64,000 nucleotides of DNA from an uncultured Acidobacteriota bacterium (lineage in GTDB: Bacteria; Acidobacteriota; JAQAZP01), in contig CAWIIB010000009.1 of assembly GCA_963836075.1 (NCBI GenBank), positions 2,656,001 to 2,720,000 on the forward strand. Direction: 5' to 3'. The notes beneath the pieces were generated by a model that searched no databases, was not told where the DNA came from, and saw only the letters and a list, made by a program, of their open reading frames with translations. Of the stretch, positions 19,992 to 29,432 are shown one piece after another. Both the position numbers and the translations under genes were made by a program. Within the stretch, counting starts at the first letter, position 1. Each line of letters opens with the position of its first letter.

Positions 19992-20963
19992 TCAGATGTT
20001 CTCCAGGCGTTCCGTGATGCCGAGGCAGATCAGGGTGTCACCCTTGCGGATCACATGGTCAGCGCGGGGGTTGATCTGCAGCGGGCCGTCCGCCGGCTTG
20101 ATGGCCAGGATCATCGCCCCCAGCTGCTGGCGGATGTTCGACTCGCTGAGTTTTAGGTCGCTGAAGGGTGAGTCGGCGTCCACGTGGACCTCGTCGAGCA
20201 TCAGGTCCTGGGCTCGGCCGCCGCTCACCTGGTCGATGAACTCGAGGATGGTGGGCCGCAGGATGGCGTGGGCGATCTTCATTCCACCGATGTTGTAGGG
20301 CAGGATCACCCGGTTGGCACCGGCGCGCATCAGCTTCCCCGCCGAGTTCTCGTCCGCCGCCCGGCAGACGATGAACAGCTCGGCGTTCATTCCCCTGGCG
20401 CTCAGGGTGACGTAGACGTTGTCGGCGTCGCTGTTCAGCACCGCCACCAGGCCCTGGGCCCGGTTGATGCCGCAGTGCTCAAGCTCCGTGTCGTCAGTGG
20501 CGTCACCCACCATGCCCAGCATACCTTCGTGGGCCAGGTCGTCCACCAGGGTTTCGTCCTTGTCCAGGACCACGAAAGGCACGTTGTTGCGCTTGAGTTC
20601 GGCGGCGATCAGGCTGCCCATGCGGCCGTAGCCGCAGATGATGTAGTGATTCTGCAGGCGGCCGACATTCTTCTCCATCTTCTTCCTCCCCAGCACGTCT
20701 CTCAGGCTGCCCTCGGTGATGAACCGGGTGGCGCTGGACCAGACGGCGGCTGCGATGCCCACGCCGAACAGGATCAGCACAATGGTGAAAACCTTCCCCA
20801 GTTGGCTGAGCGGTTTAACCTCGCCAAACCCGATGGTGGTCAGGGTGATCAGGGTCATGTAGAACCCCTCGAGCGGCTTCCAGCCCTCGATCAGGGCGTA
20901 ACCGAGCGTTCCCACCGCCAGGAAAACGATGATGACCAGGATGGCCGTGAGCAGAACCCGCAT
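19992..20963 (-). CDS. Potassium channel protein (2-TM pore + RCK_N/RCK_C)
   Basis: TLTTIGFGEV filter; ICGYGRMG NAD-binding RCK_N; TrkA-C-like tail. Confidence 0.92.
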   Translation of the reverse strand: MRVLLTAILVIIVFLAVGTLGYALIEGWKPLEGFYMTLITLTTIGFGEVKPLSQLGKVFTIVLILFGVGIAAAVWSSATRFITEGSLRDVLGRKKMEKNVGRLQNHYIICGYGRMGSLIAAELKRNNVPFVVLDKDETLVDDLAHEGMLGMVGDATDDTELEHCGINRAQGLVAVLNSDADNVYVTLSARGMNAELFIVCRAADENSAGKLMRAGANRVILPYNIGGMKIAHAILRPTILEFIDQVSGGRAQDLMLDEVHVDADSPFSDLKLSESNIRQQLGAMILAIKPADGPLQINPRADHVIRKGDTLICLGITERLENI

Positions 20964-21123
20964 CGCCCAGCCTCCGCAACCGGGTCGGCGGCGCGTCGTT
21001 GAGAGCCGCCGCCCTCTGTGCTATAACTTCAATCAGCCGAATCGTCAACGTGCCTGCATGGTATGAGAAATCGGGGCTCCTTTCAAGCCGCGCCCCGAAT
21101 CATTTTTTCAGGGGGAGCCTGCA

Positions 21124-22197
21124 GTGACCGGTCCACCGCTGGAGATCGAACAGAGGCCCAAACAGCCATTGGATCCGCCACCCGGGCCGCCGGAAAGGAG
21201 CCGGGGCTTCCTGGTCCGGGAGTGGTTCTTCCTCCTGCTGGTGCTCTGGGCGCTGCTGCTGATCGCCGTCTCGCTGTTCATGCCCCAGCCGCCGGTGGAA
21301 GAGGGTGCCGCCCTGCTTGATGACGCCCCCAACACCATGGAGATCATGGCCCGCCTGGACGCCCGGCCCGGATTGAAGCTTTTTCTTTTCGGCTTTGCCG
21401 GTGGCGGGGGACTGCTCTTTCTGGCCGGGCTGCCCCTGCTGGGCTATTTCCTCTGGCGGCAGCTGGAGGGCGAGCCGCTCCTCGGGACTGCGTCCCCGGA
21501 CGGGTCGGTGTGCTGGGGCCTGTGGGACGTGATCAAGTGCGCCGCGGTCTACTTTCTGCTGCTCCAGGCGCTGGGGGCCCTGCTGGTACTGCTGCTGCCG
21601 GAGGGGCAGGCCGGTGACTACACCCTGGTGGCCGTCTTTTTCGGCAACCTGCTGATCACCCTGATCATCATTTTGCTGGTGGCCCGCCGGGATTCCGGCT
21701 GGCGCCGGTCGCTGGGCCTGGTGGCCGGCAACTTCTGGCGGCGGGTGCGGGACGGGCTGGTGGGTTATGTTGCCTTCTTCCCCCTGCTCATCGCCACCGC
21801 CCTGGTGGCGGTGCTGGCCACACACCTGCTCGGACTGGAGCCGGAGCAGAACCCGCTGGTCCCCATGGTTCTCGGTTCCGACTCCCTCTGGTTCCTCGCC
21901 TTCCTGCTCTTCTTCGGCGGGCTGGTGGGGCCGGTGACCGAGGAGATTTTCTTCCGCGGGTTCTTCTATCCGCCGCTGCGGCGGAGGTTTGGGCGGGTGG
22001 GGGCGATCCTGATCAACGCCTTCTGCTTCGCCGCCCTGCACGGCAACCTGGTCCAGCTGGCGCCGCTGCTGGGCCTGGGGCTGATCCTGGCCCTGCTGCG
22101 CGAACGCACCGGGTCGGTGCTGGCCTCCACGGTCCTGCACTGCCTGCACAACACACTGGTGCTGATCCTGCTCTTTGCCCTCAAGCCGATTCTCTGA
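21124..22197 (+). CDS. CPBP (CAAX protease/Abi) family intramembrane metalloprotease
   Basis: PVTEEIFFRG, FAALH, HCLHN motifs in a multi-TM protein. Confidence 0.9.
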   Translation: MTGPPLEIEQRPKQPLDPPPGPPERSRGFLVREWFFLLLVLWALLLIAVSLFMPQPPVEEGAALLDDAPNTMEIMARLDARPGLKLFLFGFAGGGGLLFLAGLPLLGYFLWRQLEGEPLLGTASPDGSVCWGLWDVIKCAAVYFLLLQALGALLVLLLPEGQAGDYTLVAVFFGNLLITLIIILLVARRDSGWRRSLGLVAGNFWRRVRDGLVGYVAFFPLLIATALVAVLATHLLGLEPEQNPLVPMVLGSDSLWFLAFLLFFGGLVGPVTEEIFFRGFFYPPLRRRFGRVGAILINAFCFAALHGNLVQLAPLLGLGLILALLRERTGSVLASTVLHCLHNTLVLILLFALKPIL

Positions 22198-22209
22198 ATC
22201 ATCGGGTCG

Positions 22210-22339
22210 GTCTAAACCCCTGGGTGCGGTCCAGGGACCAGGCGCACCTCGCTGAAAAAGCGGAGCATACTCTAGTGGTATGTGAGTATTTTTCAGCGAG
22301 GTGCAACGCAGTAGCTGGGCCGCAGACAGGGGTTTAGAC
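22210..22339. repeat. Palindromic intergenic element, copy 1
   Basis: Terminal IR GTCTAAACCCCTG...CAGGGGTTTAGAC; inner IR GCACCTCGCTGAAAAA/TTTTTCAGCGAGGTGC; core shared with 44680-44825. Confidence 0.75.
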
Positions 22340-24462
22340 GGTTTTGCCGGTGAGTTCGCTGAGCGCCGCGCGTATCTGGTCCATCACGATCGGTTTGGGC
22401 AGCACGCGGTCCACTCCAGCCCAGCGCAGCTTGGCGTCGTCCTTCTCCACCCGCCAGCCGGTGAAGAGGAGCACCTTGATCCCGGGGTGGTTGTTCTTGA
22501 TTTCCCGGGTCAACTCCAGCCCGGTCATGCCGGGAATGTCCAGGTCGGTGAAGACGATATCGAACGATTCCTGGTCCAGGCAGCCCAGCGCCCCCTGCCC
22601 GTCCTCGGCGGCGGTCACATCAAAGCCCAGTTCGCGTAGGATTTCGGTCAGCACTTCGCGGACCCCGATTTCATCGTCGACGATGAGGATCTTCTGCCGG
22701 CGCTCCGCGGGCTCTTCCTCCGGCGTGATGGCCGGTGTCCGGCGGTCCAGCCGCGGCAGGCTGATGGTGAACTCGGTCCCCTGGCCCGGGATACTGTTCA
22801 CGTCGATCTCGCCCCGGTGGCGGGTGACGATGCCGTAGACCACGCTGAGACCCAGCCCGGTGCCCCGTTTGCCCTTGGTGGTGTAGAAGGGGTTGAAGAC
22901 GCACTTCTGCACTTCTTCGCTCATCCCCTCGCCGGTGTCGCTGATGGTGCAGAAGATGCGGTCCCCGGCATCCCAGCTGCGGATCTGGATGTTACCGCCT
23001 TGGGGCATGGCATCGACGGCATTGAAGATGATGTTGGTGAACATCTCCCGCAGTTCCGATTCGGAGCCCTTGAGCAGCCCGCTGGCCTGGAGGTCGGTCT
23101 CCAGGGTGTACGCCGCTGCCGGCGAGTGCTCGCTGCCGGTGCGGCCCCACATTGGCCGGGTCAGTTCCACCGAATCGGCGGCGATCTGGTTCAGGTCCAC
23201 CTCGCTCAGGTCGTCGGTGAACTGTTCGGTGCGGGTGAAGTCCCGGATCCGCTTGACGATCTGTTCGCCGTCCCGCGCCGCCCGGGTGACGGTATTGATG
23301 TCGCGCAGGTTTTTGTCGTTACTGATCCGGGCAGTGATCATCTCCAGCCGGGGGATCATCACCCCGAGAATGTTGTTGAAGTCGTGAGCCACCCCCCCGG
23401 CCATCTCACCCAGCGCGCGCAGCTTCTCGCTCTGGCTCATCTTCTGGTAGATCTCGCGCTGGCTGGTGACGTCGCGGATGATTCCCTGGACCCCGCGCAG
23501 TTTGCTCGCACCGCCGTTGTAGAGCGGCTGGAGGGAGAGGGAGAGCCAGCGGTGTGGTGCCGTCGCTGTGGATCCCGCGGAACTCCACGTCACGCGCCGC
23601 CCGTCCCTGCAGTGCGGCCTTGAAGAAGGAGCGCAGCCGGGCCCTGTCGTCGGCGTGGATCCAGGAGAGCTGGCCGCACCAGCGAACCCAGCTGGTCCGC
23701 ATCCAACCCCAGCACGTGCTCCAGGGCGGGGTTGACATAGACCACCCGCCCCTGGCGGTCGACGCCGAGGATGATGTCCGCCGCCGATTCCACCAGCGTG
23801 CGGTATTTCTCTTCCGATCGTTGCGATTCGCGGTAGAGCCGCGCGTTTTCGATGGCCACCGCCGCCTGGCTGGCAAAGAGCCGCAGCAGGTCCAGTTTCC
23901 GCTCGTTGAATGTGCTGACCCGGGTCTGGCTGTCGGCGTAGATCACGCCGATGGTGCGGTTGCCCAGGCGCAGCGGCGCGCAGATGATGGTCCGCAGGGC
24001 CAGGTGGTAGATGCTCTCGTGCATCTTGAACCGCTGGTCGCGCAGGGCGTCGTCCATGTAGAGGATCTTGCGGCTGCGCAGCGTTTTCTGGACAAAGCCC
24101 TGGCTGATGTTGAATTCATCGCCGGCCAGGGTCTGTTTGTGCTTGTCCCGGGCCACGGTGAATTTCAGTTTCCCACGCGGCCCGACCTTGAGCATCAGGA
24201 AACCGCGCTCGGTTCCGGTGAGCTGGATGATGCCGTCGAGAACCTTCCTGATCACGTCGTCCAGGGGTTGGGTGGTGGTGATCGCCCGGTTGATCTCCAG
24301 GAGCAGCTCTTCAACCTCCCGGGGACGGATCAGTCCGTCTCCGGACGCCTCCGTCACCGCGTCCTCCGCGGCCGGCGCGGACTTCCCCTTCTCCAGGGGA
24401 ATACGGGGGCTCATCCGGTCCAGGTTTTTGGAAGTCTCCTCGAAGAGTTCAAGGATGCTCAT
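22334..24462 (-). CDS. Hybrid sensor kinase GAF-PAS-HisKA-HATPase-REC (two frameshifts near 23680 and 23555)
   Basis: GAF ending FASQAAVAIENARLY; PAS split across three frames; VAHDFNNIL; N/G1/F/G2 boxes; REC (ILIVDDE, FTDLDIPGMTG, PKP). Confidence 0.87.
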
Positions 24463-24655
24463 ATACCGCCCCGAGTAAAACTCACTGCCCCCGGTGGCGC
24501 GGCGAAACCAGTTTCCGCCGGGACCGTGACCCGGTCCTCACTCCACCCGCGGGTGAATCATATTGGTGCGGAGAGAAATGGGCTGGAGCAGACCATCCCT
24601 TGCTACCCGCTTTTTCGTCCGTACTATCGGAATTTTCCCGCGGCGGCTTGAATGG

Positions 24656-27600
24656 TCAGGAGGATTTATTTTTCGTGATCCATGCGGCCACTTTGCGGAC
24701 CACCTCGGCCCGATGGCTGGCGCAGAGGTAACCGGACTTCCACTCTCCGTGTCGGGAGCCGAACCGGCTGGCCACTTTGCGAAGCAGGTCAAAGGCCTGG
24801 CGATAGGCGGCCATCGCCTCCTCAGGACGGCCGGTCTGCTCGAGGTGCCGGCCCAGGGCGGCATGGAGAGACTGGAGAAAGTCGGGGTCCTGCACCCCGG
24901 CCAGCTGGTCCAGCAGTTCCCGGCACCGGGAGGCGCACCGGTCATGGGACGGGCCAACGCCGAATCCGCTGCGCACTTCTGATTCCGCCAGCAGCAGTTC
25001 CGCCTGCAAACGCGGGGCATCCATTTTTCCAGTTCTGGCACGGGCCGCGGCCAGGGCCGCCTCCGCTTCCGTGGTTTGCCCCACGGCGGCCAGGCAGCGG
25101 GACGCCAGCAGGGCGGCCCGCACCTGCTGGCGGGTGTCGCCGAGGTTGGTGAACAGGTCAGCGGCCCGATGGCACAGCTTCTCGGCCGCTTCCGGCCGGC
25201 CGGTGCGCAGTGTCAGTTCGGCCTCCAGCAGCAGGCGGTCGGCCGCGGTATAGCCGCCGCTCTCCACGCCGTGCAGGGCGGCGGCGGACTCCTGCAGCCG
25301 TTGGGCGGCGCGGCCGGTGTCGCCCAGGGTGAGAAAGAGCTCGGCTTCCATGTTCATGGTCTGGGTCAGTCCCTGGGTGTTGCCGAGGAATTCGTGGATG
25401 CCGCGGGCGGCGCGCAGATGTTCCAGCGCTTCGCTGTAGCGGCCGCGGTGGAAGTCGCAGACCCCGAGGTTGTAGTGGCTAATGGCCTGGCCGTAGCGGT
25501 TGCCCACCTGTTCGTGGGCCCGCAGACAGTCGAGGTTGAACCGGCCGGCGGTGGAGAAATTGCCCTGCTCGAAGTGCAGGGCTCCCAGATTGGCCAGGGC
25601 GATGGCCTCGAGGTTTCGCTCCCCCCGGTCCTTGAAGATGTCCATCCCCTCGCCGAACAGGCGGGCGGCGTCGTCGAACCTGTTCTGGTGGTAGAGCAGG
25701 TCGCCCAGCAGGACCCGCAGCCGCCCCGACATCACCGTGTCGTCCACCGCCCCCCGTTCCGTGCCCCGCCAGCGTTGCAGGAGGTCAATGGCCTCGTCGG
25801 GCCGTTGCCGGTGTTTCAGCACGTACGCCTCGAGGAAGAGGCAGGATGATTCGCCGCCGGAATGCCCGCAGGCCTGGTAGGCCTCGCGGCAGCCGGCCAG
25901 ATACTGGTCGGCCTCTTCGTACCGTTCGGTCCCGAGCGAGTTGAGGCCCAGCTGCAGCAGGATGTCACCGTGATCCCGGGTCTCCTTCCCGGGGAGTTCC
26001 TCCAGCCCCAGCAGGTAGGTCCTGCGGGCCTCCTCCAGGTCGCCCTGCTTTTCCTGCAGGTAGCCTCGCTCCAGCCGGACCCGGGCCAGCTGCCGGTGCA
26101 GGCCGGCGGAGACGGCGATGGCCTCCCCCTGGTGAATGCGGGCCAGGGCCTTCTCGGTCCGCCCGGCCGCCCGGGCCAGGTTCGCCGACCGCAGGAGGAG
26201 CCGGACGGCGATGTCCGGCGGCACGGTGTCGGCGCCGCCATTGCCGATCAGCGTGTTGTAGACCCGGTTGGCTTCGCCATACCACAGCGCCTTCTCCAGC
26301 AGGCGGCCGTGGTCCAGCCCGGCCTGCCAGGCGCCCACGGTATCGCCGGCCAGCATCAGGTGCAGCCAGGTGAGCGATTCCGGGGCGACACCGGGGGCAG
26401 GAACACCCTGCTGCAGCGCCCTGGCGGCCCGCCGGTGAAATTCCCGCCGCCGGTCCTGCTCCAGGTTGGCGATCACCAGGTTGCGGGTCAGCAGCGAACG
26501 GAAACCGTACACCGGCAGATCTTGGAGCACGCTGGTGGTCAGCAGTTCAGTGCCGGCGCCGGTCAGGGCATGGGCCGCCGCAGCCTCGCCCCCCTCCTCG
26601 TCACCCACCATCCGGGCCACCATCCCGGCGGTGGCCGGGGCGCCGAAAACGGCCAGGGCCTGCAGCGCCTCTGCTCCTGCGGTGACCGCCGCATCCTGGT
26701 GGTGGGCCAGCAGATATCCGGCGGGCGGGGTGAAATCCATCCGGTGCTGCTCCGGGTCGAAGAGCGGTCCGGACGGGTGAAGGGCCAGCGCTCCGGAAGC
26801 CGTGAGGTGGGCCACCGTCTCCTCGGCCAGCAGGGGGATGCCCTCCGATTCGGCCAGCACACAGGCGGTGAGGCTGTCCTCCGCGCCCACCTGGTTACCC
26901 AGCAGCAGGGAGAGAAACCGTGCCAGCCGTTCGCGGTCCAGCGGGCGGAGCCGGATATGCTCCACCTCAGCGCCGTGGGGATGCGCCGCCAGCAGCCGTT
27001 CAGTGGACGGGGCCCCCGGCGTGGCCGTGACCAGGACAAGGATGTCGTTTTCCGGGTGGGCCCTGATCCGGCGCAGAATGTCCGAGACGGTGGCGAACCC
27101 GTGCTCTTCCGCATCGAGAACCACCGCCACGCCGGATCCCTGACGCTGCTGGAAACCGCGGGCCTCCCGGATGAGGTCGTCGGTGTATCGGTCGGGGTCC
27201 CGATCTCCCGCACCGCTCTCCTCGGGTCGGGCAGAGAAGAGGAACCCGGTGCCCGAGGTCTGGGCCAGGCGGCGCAGTTCCAGCACCAGGTGCGATTTTC
27301 CGGATCCCAGTCCACCGATAATCACCGCCGGCGGACTGGGCCCGGCCTGCCTCGATCCCAGACGCTCCAGACGCGCGCGCAGCCCCTCCAGTTGCTCTTC
27401 GGAAACGGTGAACACCGTGTCGGCCACCGCGGAACTGGCCCCCACCGCCCCCGGCTCCAGGGCCCAGGCCGTCCCGGTGAAGAGCCCGAGGTCCCTGATC
27501 ACTTGGTTTGCCGTCTGGTAGCGATCGGCCGGGTCGGCCTGGAGGAGGCGGCCCACCAGGTCTTCCAGAAAGGCGGGCACCGGTTCGTTGTTGCGGGCCC

Positions 27601-28360
27601 GCAGGGGAGGGGGCTCCTGCTCCTCCATACCCGGGCGGCGCCCTTCAGGGAAAGGGAGGCGCCCGGACAGGCCGATGTAGAGCAGGACCCCGAGGGAGTA
27701 CAGGTCGCAGCGATGGTCTTTCTCCCTGCCGGCCAGCATCTCCGGAGCCATGTACTCCGGTGTCCCCCGGAGATGACCGTCGTCGGCCTGCTCGAAGGGC
27801 GTGGAGAGCCCGAAGTCGGTGAGCTTGACCAGCGGCGGGCCCTCCGTCGTCCGGCTGCGGAGGGTGACGATCAGGTTGCCCGGCTTCAGGTCGTGGTGGA
27901 TCAGCCCCCGGGTGTGAATGTGGTGCAGGGCGCGGCAGATGGAGACCACCAGGGGCAGCATCTCCAGGGGCTGCAGCCCGGATACGGCGTCGAGAAATTC
28001 CACTCCGCTGATCCGCTCCATGGTGAAGTAGGCCCGGCCCGATCCGGGGTCCACGCCATAGTCGTACACCGTGGCCAGGTTGGGGTGCCTGAGTCTGGAG
28101 AGCATCTGGAACTCGAAGGTGGAGAGGGTGCGCTCCAGCTGGCGGCCGGAGCCCAGGGGCCGGAAGAGCTTGAAGGCCACCAGTTCCGGGCCTTCTCCGG
28201 GGTTGCTGTCCCGGGCCAGATAGACGTCGCTGAAGTTGCCGCTGCCCAGCAGCTCCAGCAGCTGGAAACGGTCGTTAACCTGGTACGGCAGTTTGATCAT
28301 CCGGGACCTGTGTCGGCGCCCTGGGGGCACGGCTCGAGAGAGCGACTCGTACGCTGTCAT
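24656..28360 (-). CDS. Ser/Thr protein kinase with P-loop-like region and TPR repeats
   Basis: LGSGNFSDVY, HHDLKPGN, LTDFGL, GTPEYMAPE, DLYSLG; GGLGSGKS; C-terminal TPR-like helices. Confidence 0.9.
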   Translation of the reverse strand: MTAYESLSRAVPPGRRHRSRMIKLPYQVNDRFQLLELLGSGNFSDVYLARDSNPGEGPELVAFKLFRPLGSGRQLERTLSTFEFQMLSRLRHPNLATVYDYGVDPGSGRAYFTMERISGVEFLDAVSGLQPLEMLPLVVSICRALHHIHTRGLIHHDLKPGNLIVTLRSRTTEGPPLVKLTDFGLSTPFEQADDGHLRGTPEYMAPEMLAGREKDHRCDLYSLGVLLYIGLSGRLPFPEGRRPGMEEQEPPPLRARNNEPVPAFLEDLVGRLLQADPADRYQTANQVIRDLGLFTGTAWALEPGAVGASSAVADTVFTVSEEQLEGLRARLERLGSRQAGPSPPAVIIGGLGSGKSHLVLELRRLAQTSGTGFLFSARPEESGAGDRDPDRYTDDLIREARGFQQRQGSGVAVVLDAEEHGFATVSDILRRIRAHPENDILVLVTATPGAPSTERLLAAHPHGAEVEHIRLRPLDRERLARFLSLLLGNQVGAEDSLTACVLAESEGIPLLAEETVAHLTASGALALHPSGPLFDPEQHRMDFTPPAGYLLAHHQDAAVTAGAEALQALAVFGAPATAGMVARMVGDEEGGEAAAAHALTGAGTELLTTSVLQDLPVYGFRSLLTRNLVIANLEQDRRREFHRRAARALQQGVPAPGVAPESLTWLHLMLAGDTVGAWQAGLDHGRLLEKALWYGEANRVYNTLIGNGGADTVPPDIAVRLLLRSANLARAAGRTEKALARIHQGEAIAVSAGLHRQLARVRLERGYLQEKQGDLEEARRTYLLGLEELPGKETRDHGDILLQLGLNSLGTERYEEADQYLAGCREAYQACGHSGGESSCLFLEAYVLKHRQRPDEAIDLLQRWRGTERGAVDDTVMSGRLRVLLGDLLYHQNRFDDAARLFGEGMDIFKDRGERNLEAIALANLGALHFEQGNFSTAGRFNLDCLRAHEQVGNRYGQAISHYNLGVCDFHRGRYSEALEHLRAARGIHEFLGNTQGLTQTMNMEAELFLTLGDTGRAAQRLQESAAALHGVESGGYTAADRLLLEAELTLRTGRPEAAEKLCHRAADLFTNLGDTRQQVRAALLASRCLAAVGQTTEAEAALAAARARTGKMDAPRLQAELLLAESEVRSGFGVGPSHDRCASRCRELLDQLAGVQDPDFLQSLHAALGRHLEQTGRPEEAMAAYRQAFDLLRKVASRFGSRHGEWKSGYLCASHRAEVVRKVAAWITKNKSS

Positions 28361-28767
28361 CGGTATCGGGCCCTGACGTCTTGAGTATACTCTGCCAGTT
28401 CCGTCATATCATCCTGTCCTTACTGCTGTGAACAATGAAGAGACCGCAGTGCAGGTAGTCCTGCCTTTTCGATCTTTTTCCGCGAGATTGCTTGACAATA
28501 CATGAAAAATGACTAATATTTGTTGCATAGTGTTGGGTTTTTTGACAGGTGGGAGACTCGACGTTTCTATTAAGCTGTTTTTTTAGAGTAGGATAGCACG
28601 GCGGTTGTGCCGTTTTTTGACACATGCTTCCCCCCTTGGCTGTCTTGACCTCCCATCATTCTTGATCTCATATCATTGGTGTTATGCAGGCGATTGCTGT
28701 TCTTCAGGGGATGATTCTCACCACTGGTGAGGCAGGAGAGCGGCCGCTGCGCTAAAAAGGGGATGCG

Positions 28768-29289
28768 ATGATCAGAGTGGATCGTTTGAGACCGGGGACG
28801 ACGCTGCTCACCGTGCTGCTGGCACTGGTGCTCACCGCTGCTGGATGTTCCTCGCTGAGCGACAACAGCCCCACCGGTCCGGGGGATACCGGAACCGCGG
28901 CCACCTCCAGCGACACCTACGCGGAGGCGTTTATCAGGGCCGATGTGGGCGGCACACTGCTTATGGGGGACAACCGGGTCTATTTCCCGCCGGGAGCGCT
29001 TGCCGAAGATACCCTGGTCACCATCCTCCGGGAGGGTAGCAGCACCACCTTCGAACTTTCGCCGGACGGGCTCGAGTTCTACGCGCCGGTGACCCTGACC
29101 CTGGAGATGGCTCCGGCCGGTGGGTTCGGCGCCAACAAGGGCTTCACATTCCCGGTGATCTACTACTACAACGAAGACACGACCCAGTGGGAGAACATGG
29201 GCGGTGTCCCCGACTTCGGCAAGCGGGTGATCAGCACCCAGATCGAGCACTTCTCCCGTTACGGCACCGGAGTCCCCTGGTTCCACTGA
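28768..29289 (+). CDS. Lipoprotein with ZU5-like beta domain
   Basis: Lipobox LTAAG^C; 'VYFPPGAL...FELSPDGLEF..PVTLTL...IEHFSRY'. Confidence 0.7.
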   Translation: MIRVDRLRPGTTLLTVLLALVLTAAGCSSLSDNSPTGPGDTGTAATSSDTYAEAFIRADVGGTLLMGDNRVYFPPGALAEDTLVTILREGSSTTFELSPDGLEFYAPVTLTLEMAPAGGFGANKGFTFPVIYYYNEDTTQWENMGGVPDFGKRVISTQIEHFSRYGTGVPWFH

Positions 29290-29432
29290 TCACCGGGGAT
29301 ACGCACTCCCATGGACTAATGCAGCCCGCCGCCGGCCGGCGGGCTGTTCCATGTACGGCAGCCGCGGTTCCCGCGGTATACTGTCCGGGCAGCCGCTGAT
29401 CCCCAAACCGGCCCGCGGCCCGACCACCGGAC

